In this document: positions 18,056 through 27,310 of the stretch, piece after piece
How positions within the stretch are numbered: the stretch's first letter is position 1
How the letters are laid out: each line of letters starts with the position of its first letter
Source of the DNA: Acidobacteriota bacterium
Lineage (GTDB): Bacteria > Acidobacteriota > Thermoanaerobaculia > Gp7-AA8
DNA: 64,000 nucleotides
Direction: 5' to 3'
NCBI GenBank assembly: GCA_019244185.1
Contig: JAFATB010000023.1
Span: forward strand, 1 to 64,000
Program-made: the position numbers and the translations under genes
The notes under the pieces: generated by a model
The model's input: the letters and a program-made list of their open reading frames with translations, nothing else
Databases searched by the model: none
Told to the model about the DNA's origin: nothing

Positions 18056-21000
18056 ATGGTGAACGTGAAACGCCTCATCATCGCCGCTGTCGTTGCGTCC
18101 GGCTTGCTGCTGGCCGGCGGACGCGCATCGGCGCAGACGATCTTCGTCAGTGACTCGTTCACCGTCGCGGCGAACCAGACGCTGCAGTCGCACACGCCGA
18201 ACATCGGCGGCGCCTGGACGAACTTCTTCGGCGGCACGCTCACCATCAACGCCGCCGCCGACAACCTCAGAAACACGAACGCGGCGGACTGGAGCATCTA
18301 CGCGAACGGCGCGACGCCGCCCTCCGCCGAATACGTCGTCGGCGCGAAGGTGACGTTCACGAACGCGAGCGCGACGAACCAGATCATGCTGTTCGGCCGC
18401 GGCGACCTCGCGTTCAACTCCGGATACGTCGTCGAGCTCAGCGGCGACGGGGTGGTGTCGCTGGTCTACTACCAGAGCTCCACGCGCAACGTGATCACGT
18501 CGACGACCATCGCCGGCTTCACGCTCAACACGGTGCACACGGTCGCGCTCTACATCCGCAACGCGCGCAAGGAAGTGTTCATCGACGGCGTCTCCCGCGG
18601 TTTCACGACCACGAACAACCTCGTCACGACCGCCGGCGTCGTCGGCCTGACCATGCAATCGCGCAACGTCGGGGAAGTCATCCTCGACGATTACTACGCC
18701 GGCACGTTCGCGCCGACGCTCGCGCGCACGTTCGACGCGACCGCGGTGCACGACCATGCGTCCGCGCGCACGCTGCTCACCTGGCGCACCACCGGCGAGG
18801 TCGAGAACCTCGGCTACCGCGTCTGGCGCGAGCTGAACGGCCGCCGGCAATTGCTGACGAAGTCGCCCGTCGCCGGCTCGTCGTTCCTCGCCGGCGCGAC
18901 GACCACGCTCGGCGCCGGCAACACGTATCGCTGGCTCGACGCGACCGCGCGCCGCGACGCGCGTTACGTCGTCGAGGAAATCGACCTGCACGGCCGCAGC
19001 GTCTGGCACGGTCCGTACGCGGCGGAAGCGGGCGCGATCGATTCGCGCGTTGCGGTGTCGCGCGTGCTGTCGGAGCTGACGCGCACGTCACCGTCGATGT
19101 CCGCGACGCCGCATCCCGCCGCGCAGGAAACATCGAGCGCCCCGCGCCGCCGTGCGGTGCAGCCCGGCAGCACGCAACTGCAGCAGTACGCGCTCGCCGC
19201 GTCGAACGCCGTGAAGATCTCGGTCGCGACGCGCGGCTGGTATCGCGTGACCGGCAGCGAACTCCTCGCCGCGGGACTCGACGCGAACACCGATCCGCGC
19301 ACGCTCGCGCTGTACGAAGACGGACTGCAGGTTCCGATCACTGTCGAAGGCGACGACGACGGGAAGCTCGACGCGCAGGACGCGATCCGCTTCTACGGCA
19401 TCCCGCTCGACAGCGCGTGGTCCGCCGCGCGCGTCTACTGGCTCGCCGCGGGGCAGCCATCGCCGAAACGGATCGCGCACGCCGCGACGAGCGCGACGTC
19501 GAACGCGCAGACGACGTACGCGGCGACGCTCGTGCGCCGCGACAAGACGATCTTCTTCCCCGGCCTCACCACCGACGACGGCGACGGCTTCTTCGGACCG
19601 ATCGTGAACGGCGACGCGCCGACGACGCAACAACTCGACGTCACGAGCGTCGCGCCGTCGACGCCCGCGCGCATCACGGTCGTGCTGCAGGGCGGCGCGA
19701 ACATCGCCGGTCAGCCGCACCACGTCGACGTCTCCTTCAACGGCACCTACCTCGGCACGCTCGACTACGTCGGCTTCGACCGCGCGACGTCGACGTTCGC
19801 ATTGGACGCCGGCGCGCTCCGCGAAGGTGCGAACGAAGTGAAATTCTCGACCAGCGGCGGCAGCGAGGACGTGAGCGTCGTCGAGTCGGTGACGATCGAC
19901 TACACGCGCATCGATCAGGCGGTCGACAATCGCCTCGAGCTCTCCGTCGACGGCGGCCGCACCGCGCGCATCAGCGGCTTCACGGGGAGCGACATTCGCG
20001 TGCTCGACGTGACCGATCATCGCAATCCGATCGAGCTCGACGCGACGCGCGACGGCGACGCGGTGCTCGTCACGCCATCCGGCGCGGGCGCGCATCTCCT
20101 CGTCGTGCAGAGCGCCGATCGTTTTCTCAACGCGGAGAAGGTCGAGGCGAACGCGCCGTCTTCGCTGCACGGCGCCGCGGGCGCGGACGTCATCATCGTC
20201 ACGCATCCCGATTTCGCCGCCGCCGTCGAGCCGCTGCGCGCGTTGCGCGAGTCGCAGGGACTGACGACGCTCGTGGCGACGACGACCGACATCTACGACG
20301 AGCTGAGTTTCGGCGCGAAAGACCCGCACGCGCTGCGCGCGCTCTTCGAGGCGTCGCGCAAGTGGGCGACGGTGCCGCGGTACATCGTGCTCGTCGGCGA
20401 CGCGACGTTCGACAGCCGCAACTACATCGGCGGCGGCGCCGCGGACTTCGTGCCGACGAAGCTCGTGCCGACGAGTCTCATCCGCACCGCGAGCGACTCG
20501 TGGTTCACCGACTTCGATTTCGACGGCGTCTCCGAGATCAGCATCGGACGCCTGCCCGCGCGCAGCAGCGACGAGGCCGCGGTGATGGTGCAGAAGATCG
20601 TCGCGTACGAAACGGCCGCGCCGAACGCCGACTGGACGAACCGCGCGGTGCTCGTGTCCGACGCCGATCCCGCGGTCGACTTCACCGGCAACATCGCCGC
20701 GTTGCGCGATCCGCTGCCGGAGAACGTGCAGGTGGAGGAAGTGAACGTCGCTTCCGAAGGCGCGACCGCCGCGCGCTCGCGTCTCCTCGAAGCGTTCGAC
20801 TCAGGCGCGCTGCTGATCGGCTTCGCCGGTCACGGCTCGGTCGAGGAGTGGACCGCGGCGAGCCTCTTCTCCCGGACCGACGCGCTCGCGCTCGACAACG
20901 GCGCGCGTCTCCCGCTCGTGATCGCGCTGACGTGCCTCAACGGCTACTTCCACGACGTCGTGAGCGACAGCCTCGCCGAGGCGCTGCTGCGCGCGCCGAA

Positions 21001-21217
21001 CGGCGGCGCGATTGCGGTGTGGGCGTCGTCGGGACTCACGGAGACGCGGCCGCAGGAAGCCGCGGCGGACGCGCTGTCGTCCGCGCTCTTCCGCAGCACG
21101 GCCGCGCGGATCGGCGACGCGATGATCGATGCGCAGCGCGCCGCGACGGACGCGGACGTGCGCCGCACGTTCCTGCTGTTCGGCGATCCGGCGACGCGGC
21201 TCAATCGCGCGCGGTGA
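18056..21217 (+). CDS. Secreted C25 (gingipain/PorU-like) cysteine peptidase-domain protein with N-terminal beta-rich passenger domain
   Basis: Signal peptide (ASA/Q); W.T..E.ENLGYRVWR Ig-like module; IYDELSFG, YIVLVGDA, IGRLPAR, FAGHGS, LTCLNGYF, PNGGAIA, LFGDPA. Confidence 0.88.
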   Translation: MVNVKRLIIAAVVASGLLLAGGRASAQTIFVSDSFTVAANQTLQSHTPNIGGAWTNFFGGTLTINAAADNLRNTNAADWSIYANGATPPSAEYVVGAKVTFTNASATNQIMLFGRGDLAFNSGYVVELSGDGVVSLVYYQSSTRNVITSTTIAGFTLNTVHTVALYIRNARKEVFIDGVSRGFTTTNNLVTTAGVVGLTMQSRNVGEVILDDYYAGTFAPTLARTFDATAVHDHASARTLLTWRTTGEVENLGYRVWRELNGRRQLLTKSPVAGSSFLAGATTTLGAGNTYRWLDATARRDARYVVEEIDLHGRSVWHGPYAAEAGAIDSRVAVSRVLSELTRTSPSMSATPHPAAQETSSAPRRRAVQPGSTQLQQYALAASNAVKISVATRGWYRVTGSELLAAGLDANTDPRTLALYEDGLQVPITVEGDDDGKLDAQDAIRFYGIPLDSAWSAARVYWLAAGQPSPKRIAHAATSATSNAQTTYAATLVRRDKTIFFPGLTTDDGDGFFGPIVNGDAPTTQQLDVTSVAPSTPARITVVLQGGANIAGQPHHVDVSFNGTYLGTLDYVGFDRATSTFALDAGALREGANEVKFSTSGGSEDVSVVESVTIDYTRIDQAVDNRLELSVDGGRTARISGFTGSDIRVLDVTDHRNPIELDATRDGDAVLVTPSGAGAHLLVVQSADRFLNAEKVEANAPSSLHGAAGADVIIVTHPDFAAAVEPLRALRESQGLTTLVATTTDIYDELSFGAKDPHALRALFEASRKWATVPRYIVLVGDATFDSRNYIGGGAADFVPTKLVPTSLIRTASDSWFTDFDFDGVSEISIGRLPARSSDEAAVMVQKIVAYETAAPNADWTNRAVLVSDADPAVDFTGNIAALRDPLPENVQVEEVNVASEGATAARSRLLEAFDSGALLIGFAGHGSVEEWTAASLFSRTDALALDNGARLPLVIALTCLNGYFHDVVSDSLAEALLRAPNGGAIAVWASSGLTETRPQEAAADALSSALFRSTAARIGDAMIDAQRAATDADVRRTFLLFGDPATRLNRAR

Positions 21218-21232
21218 GAACGCGCCGCGGCG

Positions 21233-21841
21233 TTACGGCCGCGGCGGCGATACGGGAGCCGGCGGCGTGGCCTGCGGAGTGACGAGAGGCGTCTGCAGCG
21301 TTTGGATCTGTTGCGGAATCTCGGTCATCCGCTTCTCGGCGAGATCCTCGTCGATCTCGTTGCCGTACTGGTCGTCCGAGTCGTCGAACGTGCGCGCCTG
21401 CTCGTTCTGCAGTGTGGTCACCTTCTCCCGGATCTCGGCAGCGCTTGGACCGGTCGGCGGCGCGGGCGACGCTTCCGGCAGATCGGGATCGGTGGGGCGA
21501 TAGATGGGAAGCGCGGCAGTCGGCTCGTTGGCCTGGAACATGTGGCCGCGGCCGACGACGTTGTTGTCGACCATGATGCGGTCGCGGCTGCCGTGACGCG
21601 CGGCGACCGCGCGCTTCGCGGCGCTCACCATCGGCGAATCGCCCGCCTGCACGACCGTGCTCGACGTGAGCGGCGGCGCGGTGGTGGCGTCGGCCGCCGG
21701 AGCGGGAGCCTGCGGACGAACGGCCGGCAGCGCGGTGAACTTCGGCGCCGCGGGTTTCGCCTTCGCTGGCGGCGCCGGCTTCTGCGCGGGGGTCACGGCC
21801 GCTAGCGTAATCGTGAGTGCAACGACGGCGACTTCGTGCAT
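21233..21841 (-). CDS. Pro/Ala-rich exported hypothetical protein
   Basis: RBS GGGAGA before ATG 21841; hydrophobic N-terminus; DSPMVSAAKRA segment and short coiled coil. Confidence 0.65.
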   Translation of the reverse strand: MHEVAVVALTITLAAVTPAQKPAPPAKAKPAAPKFTALPAVRPQAPAPAADATTAPPLTSSTVVQAGDSPMVSAAKRAVAARHGSRDRIMVDNNVVGRGHMFQANEPTAALPIYRPTDPDLPEASPAPPTGPSAAEIREKVTTLQNEQARTFDDSDDQYGNEIDEDLAEKRMTEIPQQIQTLQTPLVTPQATPPAPVSPPRP

Positions 21842-21899
21842 GATCGTTCTCCCAGGGTTCCAGCGTGGCAACAGCCGCGCCGTTCGCGGCATTTCGCGG

Positions 21900-22484
21900 T
21901 CAGAACGACCACTGCTGCCGCAATGCATCGTAGTACAGGATGCGAATCCAGTCGCCGCTGTCCGACGTCCTCACGAGCGCCTCGCGGTCGCCGCTGTGCA
22001 GGTACAGACTGCCCGGGCTGGCCGAGCCGTTCGGACCGAACGAGCAGAGCAGCGACGTCCCATAGCGCACCGCATTCTCGTCCGCGGCGATCCAGGTGCC
22101 GTCGGTGCCGCGCACGCCGCCGCGGATGAAGCCGGGCAGCGCGCCCTGGTGCGGCGCGAAGAGCACCTCCGGCCCGCGCACTTTGCGGTCGATGCCTTGT
22201 GCGATGTCGGCTACGAGGACGCCGTCGCCGTCGCCGTCCTCGTACACGCCCGCCAGCCAGGTGCCGTCGATGTTCTGAAAGCGAACCGCACAATGCGTCT
22301 GCAGCGCCATCGCGTGCTCGCGCGTCATCGTCATCAGCGTCGTCACGCGCGAGACCGACTGCTTCAATGCTGCTTCCGAGGCGAGACTGGCGAATGCCGG
22401 CACCACCACTCCCGCGAGCATGCCGGCGATGGCCACGGCCACGATCAATTCCGCGAGGGTTTGTCCGTTCTGTGAGTTCTCCAT
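21900..22484 (-). CDS. GspH/FimT-like minor pseudopilin
   Basis: QNG|QTLAELIVAVAIAGML; FGPNGSASPGSLYL. Confidence 0.85.
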   Translation of the reverse strand: MENSQNGQTLAELIVAVAIAGMLAGVVVPAFASLASEAALKQSVSRVTTLMTMTREHAMALQTHCAVRFQNIDGTWLAGVYEDGDGDGVLVADIAQGIDRKVRGPEVLFAPHQGALPGFIRGGVRGTDGTWIAADENAVRYGTSLLCSFGPNGSASPGSLYLHSGDREALVRTSDSGDWIRILYYDALRQQWSF

Positions 22485-22605
22485 GCGTTCCTCCGGAGAG
22501 GGAGGAATGCATGGGGAAGATCACGGCGCGCTCGCGCGCCAAGTTGCTGACGCGCAACGGCTAACGCGATTCAGAGCGTTGCCGCGAACGTCAAAAAATC
22601 TTGCG

Positions 22606-23712
22606 TCACATGGTCTGTCGTGAGGCGGCGATGACTTCGGCCTCTTCGGAGTCCCAGCCGACGCCGCGGACTTCGTTCGTGGCGCGCGCCCGCATCTGCG
22701 CGCCGCTGTAGTTCGCCATGACGACCAGACGCGCGAGCGTTCGCTGCGTCGGTCCGACGCCGACGATCTTGATCTCGAGGCCCGACGGGAACAGCGGCGC
22801 GGCGCTGTTGTAGCTCGCGTACAGCGGAATGCGATGGCGGATCGGGAACTCTTCCGTCGTCGATTTGCGGAAGCCGATCGAGTAGTCGATCTTGCCCGTG
22901 ATCGAGCCGCCTGTGAAATCGCGCTCCAGCGACTTCGTGTCGACGCGCGTGAGAACGGTGGCGTTGTTCACCGTCCACTTGCCGAGGTTCGCGCCGGCGG
23001 TGGTGAGGTCATAAAAGGCCGCGGTGATGTCCGTGCCCGGTGTCGGGTCCCATGACTTGGTGAGGCCGTTGGCCGCGAGGTAGGCGACGATCTGCGACTT
23101 TTGCGTGGCGGAGAAGGAACCGCCCGTCCCGATCAGCGGATTGAGCTGGAAGTAATCGGCGAATTCGACGCTGCGGAAGCGCACGATGTCGATCGGCGTG
23201 AGCGTGCGCGCGAAGCGGCGGCTGGTGTCGGGCCGCAGGTAATAGAGCTCGAACCGGTAGCGGTCGATCGGGAACGGCACAGTCGCCGTCGACGCGTCAT
23301 TGTCGTGATCGTAATTGACGAACACGGGCGGGAGCTGCCGCGCGATGAGCAGACAGTTGCCGACTTGCGGCGTGGCGGGATCGTCTGGCGCGATCTGCGT
23401 TTCGGAAACGACGACCACCGGCAGGCGGGTATTGCCGAGCGGCGTGAAATCGGACGGGATCTGCGACGCGATGCGGGTGTAATACGACTGACCGATCGTG
23501 TCGTTGCTGAACACCGTGCGCGAATGAAGCACCGCGACCTGGAGGATGTTCACCGGCCGCTGGGCGAGCGTCGTGAGCGAGTTGCGCCCTTCAATGCGCA
23601 TCGCCGTGCGCATCGACTCGCCGATGATGCCGTACGCGGCCAGGATGGCCACCCCGACGATGGCCACCACCACGATCAGTTCGGCGAGCGAATAGCCGCG
23701 TTCCCGTCTCAT
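22606..23712 (-). CDS. PilW/GspJ-like minor pilin
   Basis: ERG|YSLAELIVVVAIVGV class III signal; 368 aa. Confidence 0.8.
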   Translation of the reverse strand: MRRERGYSLAELIVVVAIVGVAILAAYGIIGESMRTAMRIEGRNSLTTLAQRPVNILQVAVLHSRTVFSNDTIGQSYYTRIASQIPSDFTPLGNTRLPVVVVSETQIAPDDPATPQVGNCLLIARQLPPVFVNYDHDNDASTATVPFPIDRYRFELYYLRPDTSRRFARTLTPIDIVRFRSVEFADYFQLNPLIGTGGSFSATQKSQIVAYLAANGLTKSWDPTPGTDITAAFYDLTTAGANLGKWTVNNATVLTRVDTKSLERDFTGGSITGKIDYSIGFRKSTTEEFPIRHRIPLYASYNSAAPLFPSGLEIKIVGVGPTQRTLARLVVMANYSGAQMRARATNEVRGVGWDSEEAEVIAASRQTM

Positions 23713-26700
23713 GACGTTCTCCTGACGTACGCCGTGAACTGATGATACGAGTAGTGCAGGCTGAAATTACTGCGATACGCCTCGACCCGGATGATGACGT
23801 TCCCCTCGGGGAAATCACTGGACGGCGTGTTCAGCGTGTACGTGGTCGTGCCGGTGAGGATGCGCGAGTCGCCGGCTGGGAGTCGCTGGCCGATGGGCCA
23901 GGCCGTGCCGGCCGTGCCGTCCTGGACGAATTTCCACGTGCTGCCGTTGTCCTGACTGAACAGTACCTGGTATTGCACGGCCTGCGTCTCACTGAACGTA
24001 TTGCTGTAGGAAGGCGTGTATTTCTGGCCGTCCCAGCGTTTCCAGCTGAGCGACCAGTTGATGAGGATATTGGCCGGATCGACGATCTGCGTGGACGGAT
24101 TCGGATCGACGAGCTGTACGCGCGGCAACTGCACGATACGGAACGGGCAGCCCGTGCACGACTCCGTGCCCGCGTAGAGACCGGCGTCCATGTAACTGTG
24201 AATGAGGCTGAGGAACGACCAGCGCGCAATGAACGCCGTACCGGAGTCGCCGGTCGGACTCAATCCATTGACGACGACGAAGGCCACGCGGTTCGTGGTG
24301 GTGTTTCGCAGCGAGATCAGTGCGCTGGCGCGGCGGTTGTTGTACGGATGCCGGTAGAACTCGCCGACCTCGGTCATGGTGTGCGTCGGCCCGTAGGCGG
24401 TATTGAGGAAGTCCTCCGGATTGTCGCCCGTCATGTTTAGATTGATATCAAAGGGGCGGTTCGACGGGATCGGATTGAGGAGCGGATAGTTGTAGCCGCT
24501 CGTCGCTCCCGCCATTTCCGTGCCCTCGTTGTACGGCGACGTCGTGGCCGTACTGGTGAGGTTCGCGAGATTGTCGTTCGGATCGTGGTGGAACGTGGAT
24601 GACGCGCTGCCCGCCCAGAAGAGCGTCGTGCACCCCTTGCGTGCCGTACGCCGGAGAGCATCGATGAACGTCGTTCCGGGGGGCAGCGTGTTGTTGGTCG
24701 TCGGATTGATCGCCGAGCGGAGGACGCGCACGAACGAACTTGAACTGGTGCCCGTGGGAAGGTTGCCGGTTGTGCCATATCCCGACCCGCCGCTGTACTG
24801 ATCGTCGGGATAGAGCTCTCCCAGCCAGCTCATGCCCCACCAATAGTCGGTGGAGGTCAGGCCGGAGCCGTATTGACGGATCACCTTGACGCCACCCGGC
24901 GAGATGATCGACTGCTCCGTCGAGTTGCCGCCGGAGCCGGTAAACGGCTTGCTGGAAACGGGGATGCTGTTGGGGAATCGGTTGGCGTCGTCATATCCGA
25001 TCTCGCCGCCGATGCCGATGTAGTAGTACGAGAAGCCGGTCATCGTCGTGAAGAGGGCACGGGAGGAGACGATCGCCGTTCTCAGGATTTGATAGGCGCG
25101 CGGGACGTCGATCTCCAGGTATCCGTCGCCTGAATCCCAGCCGCCGTTATTGTAGACGGCGTCGTTTTTGATCCCCAATCCGTTGTTGTGGTAAAGGCCC
25201 CAATCGCCCTCATGGTTGCCATCGGTGCTGTCCTCCATGTCGTCGAAATAAGGATTGAACCCCATTCCGAGCGGACTGTTGGCGGTGGCGCCGGCAAACC
25301 CTTTCTTGAGGTCCGCGTAGGGACAATGACGCGGATCGCCGATGAACTGAAAGCGCTCCGTGATCGGCAGGTTCGGCGGATTCGCCTCAGTACCGTCTCC
25401 GTAGAGCCAGGTATTCGTGCCCCGCCAGAGGTACGTAACGGAATGATTCATCGGCTGAACTTCCGTCGGATACTCGTGCGACTCGGGCAGTCCGTCTATG
25501 CCGGTCGGCTCGCCGATCGACGTCTCGATCTGCAGGTGCGTATTGATCGGCTGCGACGCGGCAGTGAGAGTGCTGTTCAACGTCGCCGCGTTGATGTGAA
25601 TCTTCCAGCGCGCCGTGTTCTTCTCTCCCGTTGTTGAATTGTCGGTGAGATCGACCGAAAACGGGGTTGTGCCACCGGACACGTTTTCGACCGGCGACGG
25701 GATGTAATTCATGTTGTAGAACCTGGCGGTCGAAGCGAGCCCTTGCCGGTTGCTGGTGCCGCAGTTGCTGTTGGTGCACTGCAATGCTCGATAAGGAGTC
25801 CTGTACAACTTGATCAACGTGCTGCCGGCGACATAGTTGACGGTGGCATACATTCGGTTCGGGGTCGGGAGGGAACTGGGGCCAGTGGGGGCTGTGCTCC
25901 AGACGTAATCCCATGTCCCGGTCGCGGCCGCGCCGGTCTGCGTGGTGCCGCCCTCCAGCCTTTGAACCGAAACCGCTCCTCCTGTCAGATTGACGCCGCG
26001 GATGACGACGCAGATGGGCGTGTTCGCGCCGAGGAACGCGTCCTGATCGTTGCCGCCCTTCTTCCCGGCGACCGTCTCGTACGCGTACACGCGCAGGTTC
26101 ATGTCGGTGCCGGTGTCGTAGGCGAGATATTCCGGATGCGTGACGGCGCGGATGTAGCGGAGGTCGGGGCTGGAGGTCTGGCCCGGCACTTTCGCCGCGT
26201 CGGAGTAATTGCGGATGGGCGGGAAGGGAAAGAGCTCGCCGTGAAGGTTGATGATGATCGCGTTCGTGTATTTCGACGGATTCATCACCATGTCGTCGAG
26301 GAGCAGGCGATAGGTCGGCTCCTCGTCTTTGTAGGCTTTATCGCCGGAGGCGTTGGTGGCTGCAACGCGGCTGTCGTACAGCGCCTTTTCGTCGTAAAAG
26401 CGCATCGCGTGGTTGTACTGGTCCGCGAGCGCGTATGGATTTGGATTATCGGCGCTGTAGTCGTTAGGAAGGGAAGGGGTGTCGTCCGTGCGGATGTTCG
26501 CCTGGAAATCCGCGGCCGAATAATAGGCGGCGATGCCTGGAGGGTTCGCCGTGGAACTGCTCGGTAATTTCCCGGGATAGAAATAGACGCTGTTGATGTC
26601 CGCGTAGGAGTCGGCCACGGTATTGATGTACGGCCGGTATTCGAGATCGCGTCCGTAGGCGAGCTTCGTAATGAGGTGCGTGCGGAATTCGAGCCCGGGG

Positions 26701-27305
26701 TTGCGGGCCTGCAGTTCATTGATTGCGCCGGTGACGGCAGCCTGCAGGTTGACCTTGTAAACCCACCAACCCGGAACGTTCTCGATGGCGATGAGATAGA
26801 CGTCATAGACCTGCGTCGGCGGCGTCACCGTGGATAACGTGCGGATGACGCTCGAGACCTCGGCGATGACGCGCGGCCCGGTCGGCTCGTTCTTGAAGAT
26901 CGTCACCTGCACGCGCCGCACGCCGCGCGTGCTCTGGCCGGCGATCGGTGCCACCGAAATCTGGCGCAGATACAGCCACCGGCCGCGCAGGTTGGTGTTG
27001 CCGCTCAGTTTATCGGCGGGACTGGAAACGTCCTGGATCGTGAGCTCCGGCGGCGTGTTGATGCCGTCGTCGTACGCATCGAGCACGATGAGGCTGCCGG
27101 TCGTCGATTGTGCGACCGACTTGAGCTCCTCCATGATGGCAATGGCCTTCTGTGTGCCGAACTGCCGGTCGGAGTTGAAGCGCGTAAGCCGTTCGGTGGA
27201 GACCGTGAGCGTCGTGCTCGCGAAAATCAGGATCGCAAGGATGGCCACCGCCGCCATCACTTCCACCAGGGTCAAACCGCGTTGCCAGCGACGAGCGATT
27301 CTCAT
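23709..27305 (-). CDS. Giant (~1198 aa) PilV/GspI-like prepilin with large C-terminal extracellular region
   Basis: QRG|LTLVEVMAAVAILAIL; pilin-like first ~160 aa (AIMEELK, RRVQVTI); Asn/Thr/Ser/Tyr-rich remainder with lower GC. Confidence 0.85.
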   Translation of the reverse strand: MRIARRWQRGLTLVEVMAAVAILAILIFASTTLTVSTERLTRFNSDRQFGTQKAIAIMEELKSVAQSTTGSLIVLDAYDDGINTPPELTIQDVSSPADKLSGNTNLRGRWLYLRQISVAPIAGQSTRGVRRVQVTIFKNEPTGPRVIAEVSSVIRTLSTVTPPTQVYDVYLIAIENVPGWWVYKVNLQAAVTGAINELQARNPGLEFRTHLITKLAYGRDLEYRPYINTVADSYADINSVYFYPGKLPSSSTANPPGIAAYYSAADFQANIRTDDTPSLPNDYSADNPNPYALADQYNHAMRFYDEKALYDSRVAATNASGDKAYKDEEPTYRLLLDDMVMNPSKYTNAIIINLHGELFPFPPIRNYSDAAKVPGQTSSPDLRYIRAVTHPEYLAYDTGTDMNLRVYAYETVAGKKGGNDQDAFLGANTPICVVIRGVNLTGGAVSVQRLEGGTTQTGAAATGTWDYVWSTAPTGPSSLPTPNRMYATVNYVAGSTLIKLYRTPYRALQCTNSNCGTSNRQGLASTARFYNMNYIPSPVENVSGGTTPFSVDLTDNSTTGEKNTARWKIHINAATLNSTLTAASQPINTHLQIETSIGEPTGIDGLPESHEYPTEVQPMNHSVTYLWRGTNTWLYGDGTEANPPNLPITERFQFIGDPRHCPYADLKKGFAGATANSPLGMGFNPYFDDMEDSTDGNHEGDWGLYHNNGLGIKNDAVYNNGGWDSGDGYLEIDVPRAYQILRTAIVSSRALFTTMTGFSYYYIGIGGEIGYDDANRFPNSIPVSSKPFTGSGGNSTEQSIISPGGVKVIRQYGSGLTSTDYWWGMSWLGELYPDDQYSGGSGYGTTGNLPTGTSSSSFVRVLRSAINPTTNNTLPPGTTFIDALRRTARKGCTTLFWAGSASSTFHHDPNDNLANLTSTATTSPYNEGTEMAGATSGYNYPLLNPIPSNRPFDINLNMTGDNPEDFLNTAYGPTHTMTEVGEFYRHPYNNRRASALISLRNTTTNRVAFVVVNGLSPTGDSGTAFIARWSFLSLIHSYMDAGLYAGTESCTGCPFRIVQLPRVQLVDPNPSTQIVDPANILINWSLSWKRWDGQKYTPSYSNTFSETQAVQYQVLFSQDNGSTWKFVQDGTAGTAWPIGQRLPAGDSRILTGTTTYTLNTPSSDFPEGNVIIRVEAYRSNFSLHYSYHQFTAYVRRTS

Positions 27306-27310
27306 GGGTA

